A DNA stretch of 63,164 nt, the filler included, from Octopus bimaculoides (taxonomy: Eukaryota): the NCBI RefSeq assembly GCF_001194135.2. It is 4 parts of 4 records of this genome, joined end to end, with 100 filler letters (N's around TTAATTAATTAA, not from the genome) between each part and the next. Parts side by side here need not be neighbours in the genome. Positions count along the whole stretch, not along the records: positions 28,453 to 51,319 come from NC_068982.1; 3 more parts are not named here. One strand, written 5' to 3'. How positions within the stretch are numbered: position 1 is the stretch's first letter; the number at the start of each line of letters is the position of its first letter. The notes beneath the pieces were generated by a model. It saw only the letters and a list, made by a program, of their open reading frames with translations, searched no databases and was not told the origin of the DNA. A program made the translations under genes and the position numbers. Shown here piece by piece: positions 39,144-51,319 of the stretch.

Positions 39144-39179
<36 letters not shown>

Positions 39180-41830
39180 AATTATTGTATACAGTGCTCA
39201 GGTGCACTGCAACTTGTCAAAAGTGTGCATAAAGCATATGCAGTATTGTACAAATGTCTGGAAAGTGAATAGTGTATGAGTCAGATACATGCTTGCGTGT
39301 GTATGGAGGGGAGAAAATCAGGTGTAGTGTTGGCGAATCTTAGGAAGGATGGAAGTTTTGAAGGATGCAGTGCTCTGACAACTAACAACTGATGCCGGCA
39401 GCTTGTTCCATACTTCAGCAACTTTTATCATGAAAAAGTGTTTCCGAAAGTCATGGGAGCTGTGCTGTTTTCTGACTTTGTAAACATGTCCATGGGTGTT
39501 AGACAGGTGGAATTTGAAAAGGTGCTCAGAGTTATTGTTAGTAAGATGGTTAATAATTTTATGGGTGTCTGCCAAGTCAGCCGCCAGACGTCGGAGTTTC
39601 AATGTATCCATACCCAGGGAAGTAAGGCGTTTGGAATATGGCAAATGCCTGATGGAGGGTATTCTCTTGGTTGCACGTCGCTGAACGGTTTCCAGACGAT
39701 TAATATCCTGGGCAAGATAGGGGTTCCAGACCGGAGATGCAAATTCCAGGTGAGGCTGCACCATAGCTATATAAAGCCTCAGATAAATAGCTGGAGAGTA
39801 GCTCACAAAGGACTTAGTAAGTGATGTCAAGACACCCTCAGCCTTCTTGGCAATTTTAGCAATGTGTTTTGTCCAATGTAAATTGCTGTCAATAATAATG
39901 CACAGGTCACGTTCGCAAGAAGACTTTTTGAGATTAGTGTTGTGGAGGGAGTAAGTAAACGCTGGGTTTTTCCTCCCAAAATGCATGGTGGTACATTTGT
40001 CCACAGCCAGCTTGAGTTGCCAGTCCATGATCCATTGCTGGATCATGTCCAGGTCTGATTGCAATAAAGATCAATAGTGTACAGGATCTGTCCTTTTTAT
40101 TTCGAGGTACAGCTTGATGTCATCTGCCTATTTCAGCACTGTGACATTCTTTAAGCTAGCATCTATATCATTAATATATGCAACAAATAGAAGGGGGCCA
40201 ATAACAGATCCCTGTGGTACACCAGATGTCATCTCATAGGGTGAAGAGTGCTGTCCTAGAATTGTGACAACCTTTTTTCAGCTGATAATAAAGGACTTCA
40301 ACCAGTTATAGAGATCATCTCTTACATCTATTGCAGAGAGTTTTACCATAAGTCTTTTGTGTGGCACAGAATTAAAAGCCTTAGCAAAGTCAAGGTAAAC
40401 AACATCCACCCAGGAGCCGCCATCAGTGATTCGGGTAATGTCCTCAAGAAACTCAATGAGTTGATTACAGCAGCTGGAGTTAGGAATAAATCCAAATTGT
40501 GATGGTTGGATGAGGTTGTGAGACTTCCAGAAGTTCCAGAAGGTTTCTCAGACACAGGATTCCTTCAGTTTGGTGATGCAGCTAGTAAGACTGACAGGGC
40601 AATAGCTGACAGGTGATGTGCGGTCGCCTTTTTTGAACAGAGGGATAACACTGGCAGTTTTCCACTGCTCTGGAGTAACACCCTTGTCAAGACAGAGTTG
40701 AAAGAATAGTGAAAGCTGGTTCAGAAGAAAGTACCCACCACGTTTGAGAAGTAGGCATGTAACACCATTGAGACCAGGAGAGGCATTGCTGGTGTAAATT
40801 TCATAGTAGTTATACAGGGTGTCCACAAAGTCTGGGTACACATATATATACATATACAGGGTGTCCACATACATATACAGGGTGTCCACAAATATATACA
40901 TATACAGGGTGTCCACATATATGTGTACCCAGACTTTGTGGACCCCCTGTATATGTATATATATATGTGTGTACCCAGACACTGTGGACACCCTGTAGAG
41001 TCCAGTGTCAGGGGTGATGGAAATGGAACATTTTGATTTTCGACAGTAAAGATGCCTGCATAGCATCCAGCAATAATTTCTGCACATTCTTTAGGATTGT
41101 CAGTAATCTGGCCTGTGTGGGGATTGCAAAGGGGACCAACTGGAGAGTGAGGTCTCTGCTTCGAATGTACATACCTCCAGAACACTTTGCTGTCAGGGTT
41201 GGTTGCTATGCACTGTTCAAATTCAAGCACGGCCTTTTTTTTGTCACCTGCTTGAGATGGTTGGATGATCTATTGCGCTTTTTCCTGTTAATCTCTGATT
41301 TGTGCATTTTGTATTCCAGTTCAGCATTACGGCGTTCTTTCCTGGCAAGTCGGACTGCAGCAGTCTCCCAAATTGCACTATTGGGTGGTTTTTTGTGCTT
41401 GCATAGTACCGATGCTGCACATGCCGTCCATATTGAATTCAGAATGTTCTGAAGTATAGTGTTCACATCTCCATAGACATAAAATTCGAGCCAGTTTGGG
41501 CATCGCAGTTCGGGATGATAAGAGTTCCAGTTTGCTTTATTCCAGTCAAAGCGGGCAGTTTGAAGATGGTTGTGGTTTTTGCTACAACCAATCAGAGACA
41601 AGTCAGCTATGATCATGGAATGATCAGATCACTTAAAGGTTCTTCAGTGGTGACACTAATAATTGTTTCAGGAGAAGTGGTGAATAGCAGATCCAAAGTG
41701 TTGTTACCCCTTGTAGGATTTTTTTTACATCTAGCCCCTATGCAAAATTGGAGAAGAAACTGGAGAGGACATGAAATGTAAAAACCAAACTGGATTAGTT
41801 TATGCGCAACTCCATTGTCTCCCAAGATAA
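39144..41830 (-). mobile_element. CR1-group LINE, 5'-truncated (APE C-part + RT + C-terminus), multiple frameshifts
   Basis: PTRGNNTLDLLFT, WKTASVIPLFKKGDR..YxPVSLTS, GVPQGSVIGP, ADDIKLY, HLEFASPVWNP..LETVQRRATK. (ATT)n tail at 39144-39177. Confidence 0.92.
40815..40995. mobile_element. Tc1/mariner MITE inserted at TA inside the CR1 LINE
   Basis: TIR cagggtgtccacaaagtctgggtacac and its inverse. Removing it and one TA restores the host frame (..DSITTMKFTP..). Confidence 0.9.
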
Positions 41831-41838
41831 AAGGGTGC

Positions 41839-41888
<50 letters not shown>

Positions 41889-42208
41889 NNNNNNNNNNNN
41901 NNNNNNNNNNNNNNNNNNNNNNNNNNNNNNNNNNNNNNNNNNNNNNNNNNNNNNNNNNNNNNNNNNNNNNNNNNNNNNNNNNNNNNNNNNNNNNNNNNNN
42001 NNNNNNNNNNNNNNNNNNNNNNNNNNNNNNNNNNNNNNNNNNNNNNNNNNNNNNNNNNNNNNNNNNNNNNNNNNNNNNNNNNNNNNNNNNNNNNNNNNNN
42101 NNNNNNNNNNNNNNNNNNNNNNNNNNNNNNNNNNNNNNNNNNNNNNTATATATACACACACACACACATACACACACACACACATACACACACACGCACG
42201 CACGCATG

Positions 42209-42239
<31 letters not shown>

Positions 42240-42349
42240 TTTTATTCTTCCATTCTTTTATTACTTTCAACATGAAGGCTGGGGCCATGCTTGAACACTG
42301 CCAATGCAATTGGTACTACTTCAACAGTACTTAACTTTTGGTGAACAAG

Positions 42350-42950
42350 AGAGTTGAAGAAAAGCAACTGCACTCAGTTGCATTTCCTGCCATGACAATG
42401 ATTCATCTAAAATCGCAGCTAGTAAGTTATCCAGATGAATCTTGAATCTAGTAAATGTAGATTTAGAACTTTCTTTGGCAAGATATTAAAGAGTTGTGGG
42501 TCTTTGAAATATAGACTATTGATAAGGAGAGTAGGATCTTCAGGACTGTGCAGTGATGAGTAATTCAGGGATTGGTATTGCTCCAAAACCAAAATTTGGC
42601 AGGAGCCTTTCAGTGATTTTCCATCTATAGATTACCATTGTCCATCTTTCCTTTCCTCACATGATCATCTTTCTTTTCTTTCAGTCTGTCTTACAGCCTA
42701 GACACATTCTTATCTGTCTCCTCTTGTAACTTTTCTCTTGTCAAAGACAATATTCTTCCAGTGTTCGCTACCTTACCTCGTCTGGCCTACTGGCACCCCA
42801 TGTTTGTTTTCATTTGGTTTGTTGTGTCTGCAGTGTCCTGTTTTTGTTACCAAATTTGACCCTCTGCAAATCCCAAATTTTATTTTGGTTTGCAGGAGCA
42901 ACTGCCCTTCGAAGCCTCGTATTGTGGTTAATTGCTCGAAAATAGGAGTA
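42350..42950 (-). mobile_element. LINE 3' fragment (decayed)
   Basis: ..WKI..NF..NSLYFKDPQLFNILPK..FKIHLDNLL.., typical post-RT C-terminus. Confidence 0.6.
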
Positions 42951-43029
42951 GATGGACAACCGACAATTGATGAAGGGTCACTCTTTATGTTACTTGTCTT
43001 GTTTTCCATTTGTTTCTCTCATTGTTCGT

Positions 43030-43330
43030 GTACCCAAGTTGAGTCTGAAGCCATGTGGAAAGATGAATGGAGGCATAACATTGCCATCCCTAGTGATCAC
43101 TCCAAACACCATGATGCTCACTGGATGTTTGAGTTTTATCACTCTGGTACATGTTTTGGGGATACGGCAAGCCAACGATTGTTCTGTGTGTTCTCCATTT
43201 GTTTCTATTGGAGCTTCCGGTATGAATGCCAAGCTGTTCAGCATGTCATTGCCAAATTTCTGGCAGAGTGAATTGTGTCAACAGATTCCTATTCTCACAG
43301 ATGGTGCCCAACTGAACCTATACTGTGTAG
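43030..43330 (-). mobile_element. DD37D/maT-like transposase fragment
   Basis: KLKHPVSIMVFGVITRDGNVMPPFIFPHGFRLN. Confidence 0.7.
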
Positions 43331-43644
43331 TCAACAAAATCAAAAAACAATGTGCATGCATTGTGTGTGTGTGTGTGTTTGTGTGCGTGCGTGTGTGCGT
43401 GCATGCGTGTGAAAAGGCAAATGGTTTAATGGTTAGGGTCTTGTACTTGTGACTGGAAGATCGTGGTTTGGATTTCCTGGCCGAGCATTGCATTGTGTTC
43501 TTCAGCAAAGTACTTCATTTTAGGTTACTCTTCGATCATTTCCTCATCGCACATTTGGCACTATAGACAAGTCATCTGTATGGTTGTTCAACAAGAAATT
43601 GCTGAACTCACATACGTCATCTAATGACGGGAAAGTTCATTGTG

Positions 43645-43698
<54 letters not shown>

Positions 43699-43850
43699 TA
43701 TATATACACACACATATATAATATATATATATATGTATACACAAACATATATGTATGTATATATGTATACATTATATATATATATATATATAAATAGAGA
43801 AAAGGATAAAGAGAACAATGGTAAAGTTAGAAATATATTTTATGGATAGA

Positions 43851-43899
43851 GTCTTACAGCTGTTTCAGGGAAGATCCAATGCATCCCTTCATCGGAGAC
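43851..43899 (-). ncRNA. Minimal type-I hammerhead ribozyme in the PLE pLTR
   Basis: gtct-CCGATGA-aggga(tgcattggatct)tccct-GAAA-c agct g-TA-agac. Stem I 4 bp, stem II 5 bp, palindromic stem III, GUA cleavage triplet. The core has C at position 4. Confidence 0.75.
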
Positions 43900-44723
43900 A
43901 GAAATAGTAGAGGAATCGAATATTATATCTATAAGCGGTGAGTTATAGTAGGAAGTGAGAGTGAGTGTGATGCGCTGAAAAAAGAAAGAAAAAACAGTAC
44001 TTGGAGTGTAGCTTCATTCCAGTAGTAAGTATCAGTGTAAATAATCCTTGTGGGAATTTTCCAGAGATAGTTGTTGTAGCAAAGGCTGAATTAGCAGAGG
44101 TGGATATATGTCATATCGTGTCCGAAGTATACTGCGTGTGTTTACTTAAAGGATATCCCAAATCAAGTGAGAGATGTGTGCAGGGTAAATAGGTCAAGTC
44201 TTAAAGACAGAAGGGGAAGGGGATAGAGAAGTTATTCAGGTGGGGAATGGTAGTGATATGTTATGTGGTCAGTTAATCTGACTGGACAGAGAGAATAAGT
44301 ATTGGGAGTAAAGGAGGAAGGGGGGATAGAGGTAAAGGTTTAGTAAGGAAGAATGAATGCGCAGAGGTAGTATGGAGGGGTAGGCTACAAGTGGTGAGGG
44401 TATGGGTGACATTCCAAAGATAGTATTAAAGGAAAAAAGGAGTGAGAGAAAGAATTAGTAGTACCATATTTTAAAAAATAGAGCTAAACCTAATTTACAG
44501 ATGGTAGAAGGGGGATCAGAAGTTACTAAGGGTGGAATGTGTTTATCAACAAGGGGCCTGTATGTGGTGGTGGTGTTATTGGCAAGGAAGTGTAAAGGAA
44601 GTAAATTAGGGAAAAATATATTAAGTAGTGATAGGATCAAAAAAGAAATAAATCTATTCTAAAGATGGTGTAAGGGGGACTATTTTGCTAGGTCGAATAG
44701 GTTGCCTATAGGGAGCTGTGTGA

Positions 44724-45563
44724 TTATGTTGTGTGGTAATTTGTGCATTTTTGTCTGTGATAAAATTTAAATGTATGGAAAAAACGGTGATTGCAGGTAC
44801 TAAATGCTTCATTATATCGATTAAGTTGAGTGGGAGAATTGTATTTTAAAATATGGAATGCCTCCTTTAAGCAGAACTTGCAATTAGAGCGCTGGCCCTG
44901 GTATGGAATTCCGGAGTCTAGGATGAACCATTTTAAAGTATACTGGGTATTTGTGCTTTTGAGGTGATGAATGTGGTTGGCTAATGTTGTAGATTTACTG
45001 TGTTTGTCATATCTAAAAGAATGCAAATGGGCTGCGTAGCGATGTTTGAAGTTTTTAGTTGCACCTATGTATGTAGCTGTAGAGTTATGTAATAGATTTC
45101 TTACGGTGCATTTATATGTTACGTTGTATCTTACGCAATGCGTTTGAAGCGGGCAGATTGTCCCAGAGCGACAGTTACAAGTAGATGAGACTTGGGGGTT
45201 GTGTTCAGTGGTGGGTGAGATATTATTGTTGGAGGATATGTTATTTGGGGATGTAGAAGAATCTAGATCAATGGAATTATTGTTATAGTTATTTGTCCTA
45301 TCATTGTTATTATTATAGGGTATGGTATTGTTATTATCGAGTATATTAGTGGGTTGGGATTTACTGTGGTTTTGTTCAAGTGTACGATCGTTAGTGTTAG
45401 ATGAACGTATATTAATGTCCATGTTGGGTATACGCATGCACCGAGTGTTAGCGCTAGCATAGTTATAGTTGTGTAAGTTTTGGTAATAGAGCGAAAGTTC
45501 ATGTTTATTAGAAGTTGCTATAATAGATTCGAAGTTAGGAGTGGTAGAATATGACAGTTTCAA
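44724..45563 (-). CDS. PLE GIY-YIG endonuclease with Asn-rich linker
   Basis: KLSYSTTPN..CNCRSGTICPL..VTYKCTV..TYIGAT..FKHRY..CKFCLKEAFHI..LNRYNE..CNH. Confidence 0.9.
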   Translation of the reverse strand: MKLSYSTTPNFESIIATSNKHELSLYYQNLHNYNYASANTRCMRIPNMDINIRSSNTNDRTLEQNHSKSQPTNILDNNNTIPYNNNNDRTNNYNNNSIDLDSSTSPNNISSNNNISPTTEHNPQVSSTCNCRSGTICPLQTHCVRYNVTYKCTVRNLLHNSTATYIGATKNFKHRYAAHLHSFRYDKHSKSTTLANHIHHLKSTNTQYTLKWFILDSGIPYQGQRSNCKFCLKEAFHILKYNSPTQLNRYNEAFSTCNHRFFHTFKFYHRQKCTNYHTT

Positions 45564-46864
45564 AGTGGATCTGTCGAATATAGAATGGTATTTGTATTAT
45601 CGGGGGAAGTTAGAATCCAGTATTTTAAGTTCCTAGTGTTAAGTGAGAATGGTGGGGTATACCAAAGTATAGAGCGGCCACCACTTTTTTGTGGGGTTCT
45701 GTGTATGTTGTAATCTAAGTATTTAGGTGGAGGGCAGTTGTCTACATTTTTGGTGTAGCTAACTGTTTTATACATCTTAGATTTAGCCCTAGTGTTATAA
45801 GTGTGTTTGTGGGGTCTGTTGGAATATATGGGTGGTTGGTTGTGGTTGTGATTAATGTTATGTCTTTGGGGTGTGATTTGGGACATAAATTGTTTAAGTC
45901 TGGTGTTATGGATGTATTTTATTTGTTGGGAGAAACCACTAGCCGCGAGTGCTTGATTGTAGTATGGAGTGTGATTGTTAAAGATTTCTTCGGAAGAGGA
46001 TAGATCAGATATGCGGGTTGAGATACCCATGATTATGTTATCGAAAGTAGATCTGTGGTGATTAGAGTGAATATTGAGGTATTTTAGGTACTGGTTGGGT
46101 TTATGATAGGGGGAGTGTTGCGAGTTTGATAGGTTTAGAGAGACATCTAGAAAGTTAGCCGTTTTATACGCGTTTTCAAATGTTATTGATAGATTCATAT
46201 TTGAGAAGTATTTGTGTAGATCCTTTTTAGTCCTCTCCATGGAAGATTTATTAATAGCCTTGGTAATTAGTAAAGCATCGTCCCTATATAGACCACCACG
46301 GATATTAGGGAAATGTGATCGTAATTGGTGAAGTATATATAATCCAACTAAATCTGTGGCCTGAGCGGAATCAGAAGATCCCATGGTTATATCAAATAAT
46401 TTGTTAGAGCTATTACTATGTTGATTAGCTCGGCACCAGAGTTTGTTTTCGAAGGATATAAGAGTTCTGTGTGCATTGATTATAATGTTAATTTCCAAAG
46501 GGGTTATGCTAGTAAGATTCCTAGTGAAAAGAATAGCCTTATTTAAAAGTTTAGGAGAGATAGAGGAGTAATAGTTGTTAATATCAAATTGAAGGAACGA
46601 GAAAGAGTTTTTGTTCTCCAAGGTGTGGAACCATGCAATAACCTCCCCGGTGTGGTACCATAGATTAGCATGTAGTTTCTCTTTGACAATAGGTATTATC
46701 TTGTCTAAAATATTTTTGCTGATTCTTCCGAGGTCGGATTTGGTAGGGCATATTAGGCGTATAGATGGTTTTGTAATGAAATCCTTCTTATGATCCTTGA
46801 AGTTGAAGTGTGGAGGTGCAGGGCAGTACGGTTCTGTTCTGTCGTCCACATTTAGTTTCCTCAT
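45560..46864 (-). CDS. PLE reverse transcriptase (frameshifted near 45600-45640)
   Basis: SDLGRISK..FDINNYYSSI..FDITMGSSDSAQATDLVGLY..GLYRDDAL..FLDVSLNL..Y.NIHSNH. Confidence 0.9.
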   Translation of the reverse strand: MRKLNVDDRTEPYCPAPPHFNFKDHKKDFITKPSIRLICPTKSDLGRISKNILDKIIPIVKEKLHANLWYHTGEVIAWFHTLENKNSFSFLQFDINNYYSSISPKLLNKAILFTRNLTSITPLEINIIINAHRTLISFENKLWCRANQHSNSSNKLFDITMGSSDSAQATDLVGLYILHQLRSHFPNIRGGLYRDDALLITKAINKSSMERTKKDLHKYFSNMNLSITFENAYKTANFLDVSLNLSNSQHSPYHKPNQYLKYLNIHSNHHRSTFDNIIMGISTRISDLSSSEEIFNNHTPYYNQALAASGFSQQIKYIHNTRLKQFMSQITPQRHNINHNHNQPPIYSNRPHKHTYNTRAKSKMYKTVSYTKNVDNCPPPKYLDYNIHRTPQKSGGRSILWYTPPFSLNTRNLKYWILTSPDNTNTILYSTDPL

Positions 46865-47294
46865 GAGTTTGCAGTGGCTGGTGTTGACTTCATTTAAGGC
46901 AGATGTTGATGCCAGCTTGTAGGACCTGTTTAGTTCGTTCCTAATGAATTTGGTGTATTCCTCTATGGTGATGGGATATAGATTTCCTGTTTCGTCAGAA
47001 AATATGTGTAATTTGGGGGAATTAGTAAACTAGCCGGTAAACAGCACTTACTTGGTATTACCTGTATCTTTGTGTTTGGTTAAATCCAATACCCTCCTTA
47101 ACCTTATTATATATATATATAAATATATATATATATTATATATATATACATATATATATGTATACACACACACACACATATATATATATACATATATATA
47201 TACATATATACATATATATATATATACACACACATATATATATATACACATATATATACATATATATATATATATACATAGAATATATACACAC

Positions 47295-47325
<31 letters not shown>

Positions 47326-47338
47326 CATATATATATAC

Positions 47339-47385
<47 letters not shown>

Positions 47386-47759
47386 CACACACACACACAT
47401 ATATATATACATATACAAACACACATATATATATATACATATATATATACACGCTCTCATACGATCCCACATCAGCATTCTTCATGCCATCTTTGATAAT
47501 GAACACAGCAAAGATGACAAGGATGGAGGCACAGATGTAGATGAAAGATGTTGCCCCACTTGATAGACACCCAAGAAAACAAAGAAGATTCAAGCTAGAA
47601 ACCTGCCTGGAAACTAAACCCAAGTGCAAGTACCCCTACCACCTTCAAAGCGAAAAACCGTAGAGGGGAAAGAGCCAAGAAAGAACAACTAAAAGAAGCA
47701 AAAGCAAACATAAAAGATGAAACAGCTAAAGAAAGAAGCAAACCTGACTGCCCATATAA

Positions 47760-48818
47760 CACAAGGGATATAAAGAAACAACACACACAAATGTGCAAAT
47801 CCTACTTGAAAGGTGTCTGTTGGCATAGAGAGGAAGGTGCAAGCTGCTGTTTTGCACACCAAAGACCCTGCCACGCAAACATGAAACATGGCAGAAACCA
47901 CCTGCTAAAAGGAAAGGACTACGCACCACCTGCCCCAAAACGGAGGTACGCAAATGTAGTGCATGCTACAAACCAGTCTTATCAACATGTTGTTGAAAGG
48001 GCAGCTGCTGAACAACAATCATTTTGTGCATGGCACAAAACATTGTACAGCAGCTGACCTGGCTACATCAATCTCATAGATGGGACTATCTCCAATACAC
48101 AAGACCACCACAGCAAATAGACCCAAAATGGGCACCACTGGCAACAACACAGACAACACATCAGTGCTCTTACTGAAAACCAGACGACTGTTAACACTTA
48201 GTAACAGGACAAAAATTCCTTTCCTGCAAAACCTTGTTGCATGCAATCACGCCTTATGCATAGCACTTACGAAAACACACCTGAAACCAGATATAGCAAA
48301 TGCAGAAATACACATACCACAGTATGTTGTATTATGGATCAACAGGAAAGAAAGGAGTCATGGTGGAGTTGCTATGTACAGCCACGAAGACCTCACACCC
48401 TAGGTCCTTTTGTCACACTCAAATTCATTATGTAATACACTAACTGAACATATAAGACAACTTGATGTAATTATATGTGCTACATATCGCCCTCCCAATG
48501 CTCCGAATAATGTAGGCAAGTTTGAAGACTGCCTTACAAAAATAGAAGTTCTAGTCACATTAGAACAACACATAAGTGTACTTCTTATGGGAGACTTCAA
48601 TCTGCTCAGTGTCAGATGGCCAGAGGGCTTTCAGGAATGGCATGATGCGAACAAGGACAGGTGAAGTCCCTCCTGAACCTCATCAACACTTTGTACATGG
48701 AACAAATAGTACTCCAACCAACCAGAGCAAGTAACATACTGGATATCTGCTTCACAAATAATATGAATCTCATCCATAATGTAAAAGTAACACCGACGCT
48801 ACTCTCATATCACAACAT
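47760..48818 (+). mobile_element. LINE 5' portion: ORF1 CCCH-type zinc finger and APE endonuclease, decayed, ends at a gap
   Basis: CKSYLKGVCWHREEGASCCFAH; IALTKTHL..GGVAMY..YRPPN..MGDFNL..PTRASNILDICFTN..SYHN. Confidence 0.85.
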
Positions 48819-50244
48819 NNNNNNNNNNNNNNNNNNNNNNNNNNNNNNNNNNNNNNNNNNNNNNNNNNNNNNNNNNNNNNNNNNNNNNNNNNNNNNNNNN
48901 NNNNNNNNNNNNNNNNNNAACAACATGTTACTGTGTTTGAGTGCGTATGTCGTTATCTGTGTAACAATAGGAGGTTATGCGATTGTCAGCCGATATTTGC
49001 TGGCGCGTGGCTTAGTGGTTAGGACATTCGGCTCACGATCGAGCGTTCGAAAACTAGCGGCGTGTTGTTACACAGTACTCCTTCGGTTCACTCTGCTGGC
49101 AAAAGTGAGTTGTACTTGTAATTCACAAGGGCCAGCGAGAAGAAAAGGAGAGCGAGAGACATTTTTAAGCTTTAGTAGACAGATATATTTTTTTTAATTC
49201 ATATGAAATATTAAATTTCTATTCGGTCACCCGACCTGCTAGAAATAGCAATCAAATCAAATAAACCTTCACATTTTGAAAAACAACACAAAAATACAAA
49301 CAACAAGAAAAAATGGACGATCACCGATTAGAACGTGTTACTGTCACAGACAGAAATCTCAACACGAAAAACAAGCTACCGGCCATATGGAGCAAACATA
49401 GATGGAGGGAGTAGTTGACTTCAAATACCATGTTGTTATGAAACAGGTCGGTGTCAGTACAGAAACACTAGTTAACTGGAGTAACAATCTCAGAATGTAT
49501 TTACTAAGGAGGAGATGGAGTGCTTGCGGAGATCGACGAACTGAAATTACTATACCANNNNNNNNNNNNNNNNNNNNNNNNNNNNNNNNNNNNNNNNNNN
49601 NNNNNNNNNNNNNNNNNNNNNNNNNNNNNNNNNNNNNNNNNNNNNNNNNNNNNNNNNNNNNNNNNNNNNNNNNNNNNNNNNNNNNNNNNNNNNNNNNNNN
49701 NNNNNNNNNNNNNNNNNNNNNNNNNNNNNNNNNNNNNNNNNNNNNNNNNNNNNNNNNNNNNNNNNNNNNNNNNNNNNNNNNNNNNNNNNNNNNNNNNNNN
49801 NNNNNNNNNNNNNNNNNNNNNNNNNNNNNNNNNNNNNNNNNNNNNNNNNNNNNNNNNNNNNNNNNNNNNNNNNNNNNNNNNNNNNNNNNNNNNNNNNNNN
49901 NNNNNNNNNNNNNNNNNNNNNNNNNNNNNNNNNNNNNNNNNNNNNNNNNNNNNNNNNNNNNNNNNNNNNNNNNNNNNNNNNNNNNNNNNNNNNNNNNNNN
50001 NNNNNNNNNNNNNNNNNNNNNNNNNNNNNNNNNNNNNNNNNNNNNNNNNNNNNNNNNNNNNNNNNNNNNNNNNNNNNNNNNNNNNNNNNNNNNNNNNNNN
50101 NNNNNNNNNNNNNNNNNNNNNNNNNNNNNNNNNNNNNNNNNNNNNNNNNNNNNNNNNNNNNNNNNNNNNNNNNNNNNNNNNNNNNNACTGAACATGAAAT
50201 GAAATATATTTATTTATAAAGTTTAAACTGAATTTCATTTGTTT

Positions 50245-50323
50245 AAATTCTACGGAAACGCATTTTCTAATTTGATAAATTCTACGGAAATGCATTTTCT
50301 AATTTGATAAATTCTACGGAAAC
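50245..50323. repeat. 32-bp tandem repeat x2.5
   Basis: Unit aaattctacggaaa(c/t)gcattttctaatttgat at 50245 and 50277, partial at 50309. Confidence 0.95.
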
Positions 50324-51019
50324 AAACGAAGGTGGACGAGTGATAGATAGAGAGAGAGAAAGAGACAGATAGCTCCGGCCAGTCAGTAGCCAAAGAAACA
50401 GATTTCGACTCAAACCAGCAGTAACATTCCTTGTTTGGATTTTTCTACTTTCATTTCTGACAGCTAATACCATGACAGTGCCCTGTTTCTGATTGAAATA
50501 CCTCCACATCATTGTCCATTATTTGTTAATACATGTGGCCATTGACAGCACTTCGTTGATCCCAACGATGCAATTTTACACACAAACATTACATATTACA
50601 CTATGCATGAAACATTGAGTAATTTTTTCGCTCTCTCTCTCTCTCATTTACAGGAACATATGTCGTTTATATAAAATGCAGAATTTTTCTTTGGAGAGTT
50701 TTGCCTGCAACACTAAAGTTTCCCCACCCGTGGTTTAGACCATCAACGAAAAATTGCCTGTATGAATTCTATAACTGAAAAATTTACTATATTCGGTATA
50801 TACGAGTATACCAGCCTGCGGGTGCAATGAAATGGGCTTTGCTCACCGCTTGTCTAAATCTTCGGCAATTTCCGTCGTAAAGAATTTTTATTTATTTACT
50901 TTTATTTTCATGTCCTGTTGAAGCTGACATTTGTAAAGAAGCCGGTGAAAAGTGAATCAACGCGCGAGCGCGCACGCATACATTGACATAGTATGTATGA
51001 GAGTGAATACAAATAGCTA

Positions 51020-51319
51020 CAGTGGAGGTGCAATGGCCCAGTGGTTAGGGCAGCGGACTTGCGGTCATAGGATCGCGGTTTCGATTCCCAGACCGGGTGT
51101 TGTGAGTGTTTATTGAGCGAAAACACCTAAAAGCTCCATGAGGCTCCGCCAGGGGGTGGTGGCGAACCCTGCTCTACTCTTTCACCACAACTTTTTCTCA
51201 CTCTTACTTCCTGTTTCTGTTGTGCCTGTAATTCAAAGGGTCAGCCTTGTCACACTGTGTCACGCTGAATATCCCCGAGAACTACGTTAAGGGTACACGT
51301 GTCTGTGGAGTGCTCAGCC
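51020..51319 (+). mobile_element. tRNA-derived SINE family D (young)
   Basis: Clean A box TGGCCCAGTGG and B box GGTTTCGATTCC followed by a non-tRNA body, so it is not a tRNA gene. Confidence 0.8.

Larger units (their letters stand above)
43790..47040 (-). mobile_element. Penelope-like retroelement (Naiad-type), 5'-truncated, RT + GIY-YIG + 3' pLTR
   Basis: RT ORF 45560-46864 and EN ORF 44724-45563 overlap at a frameshift. Hammerhead motif at the 3' end. Confidence 0.92.

Noticed and set aside
39131-39144. ATG GAA GCT G|gtga next to the CR1 tail, resembling the EAG| exon ends
   Set aside because: Only 10 nt, its phase does not fit the exon A acceptors, and no matching exon half was found beyond the LINE.
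44724-45563. Selenocysteine recoding as reported for some Naiad elements
   Set aside because: The endonuclease frame has ordinary Cys codons and no in-frame TGA.
51020-51095. tRNA gene
   Set aside because: A and B boxes are present but continue into a SINE body with no acceptor stem or T-run terminator.
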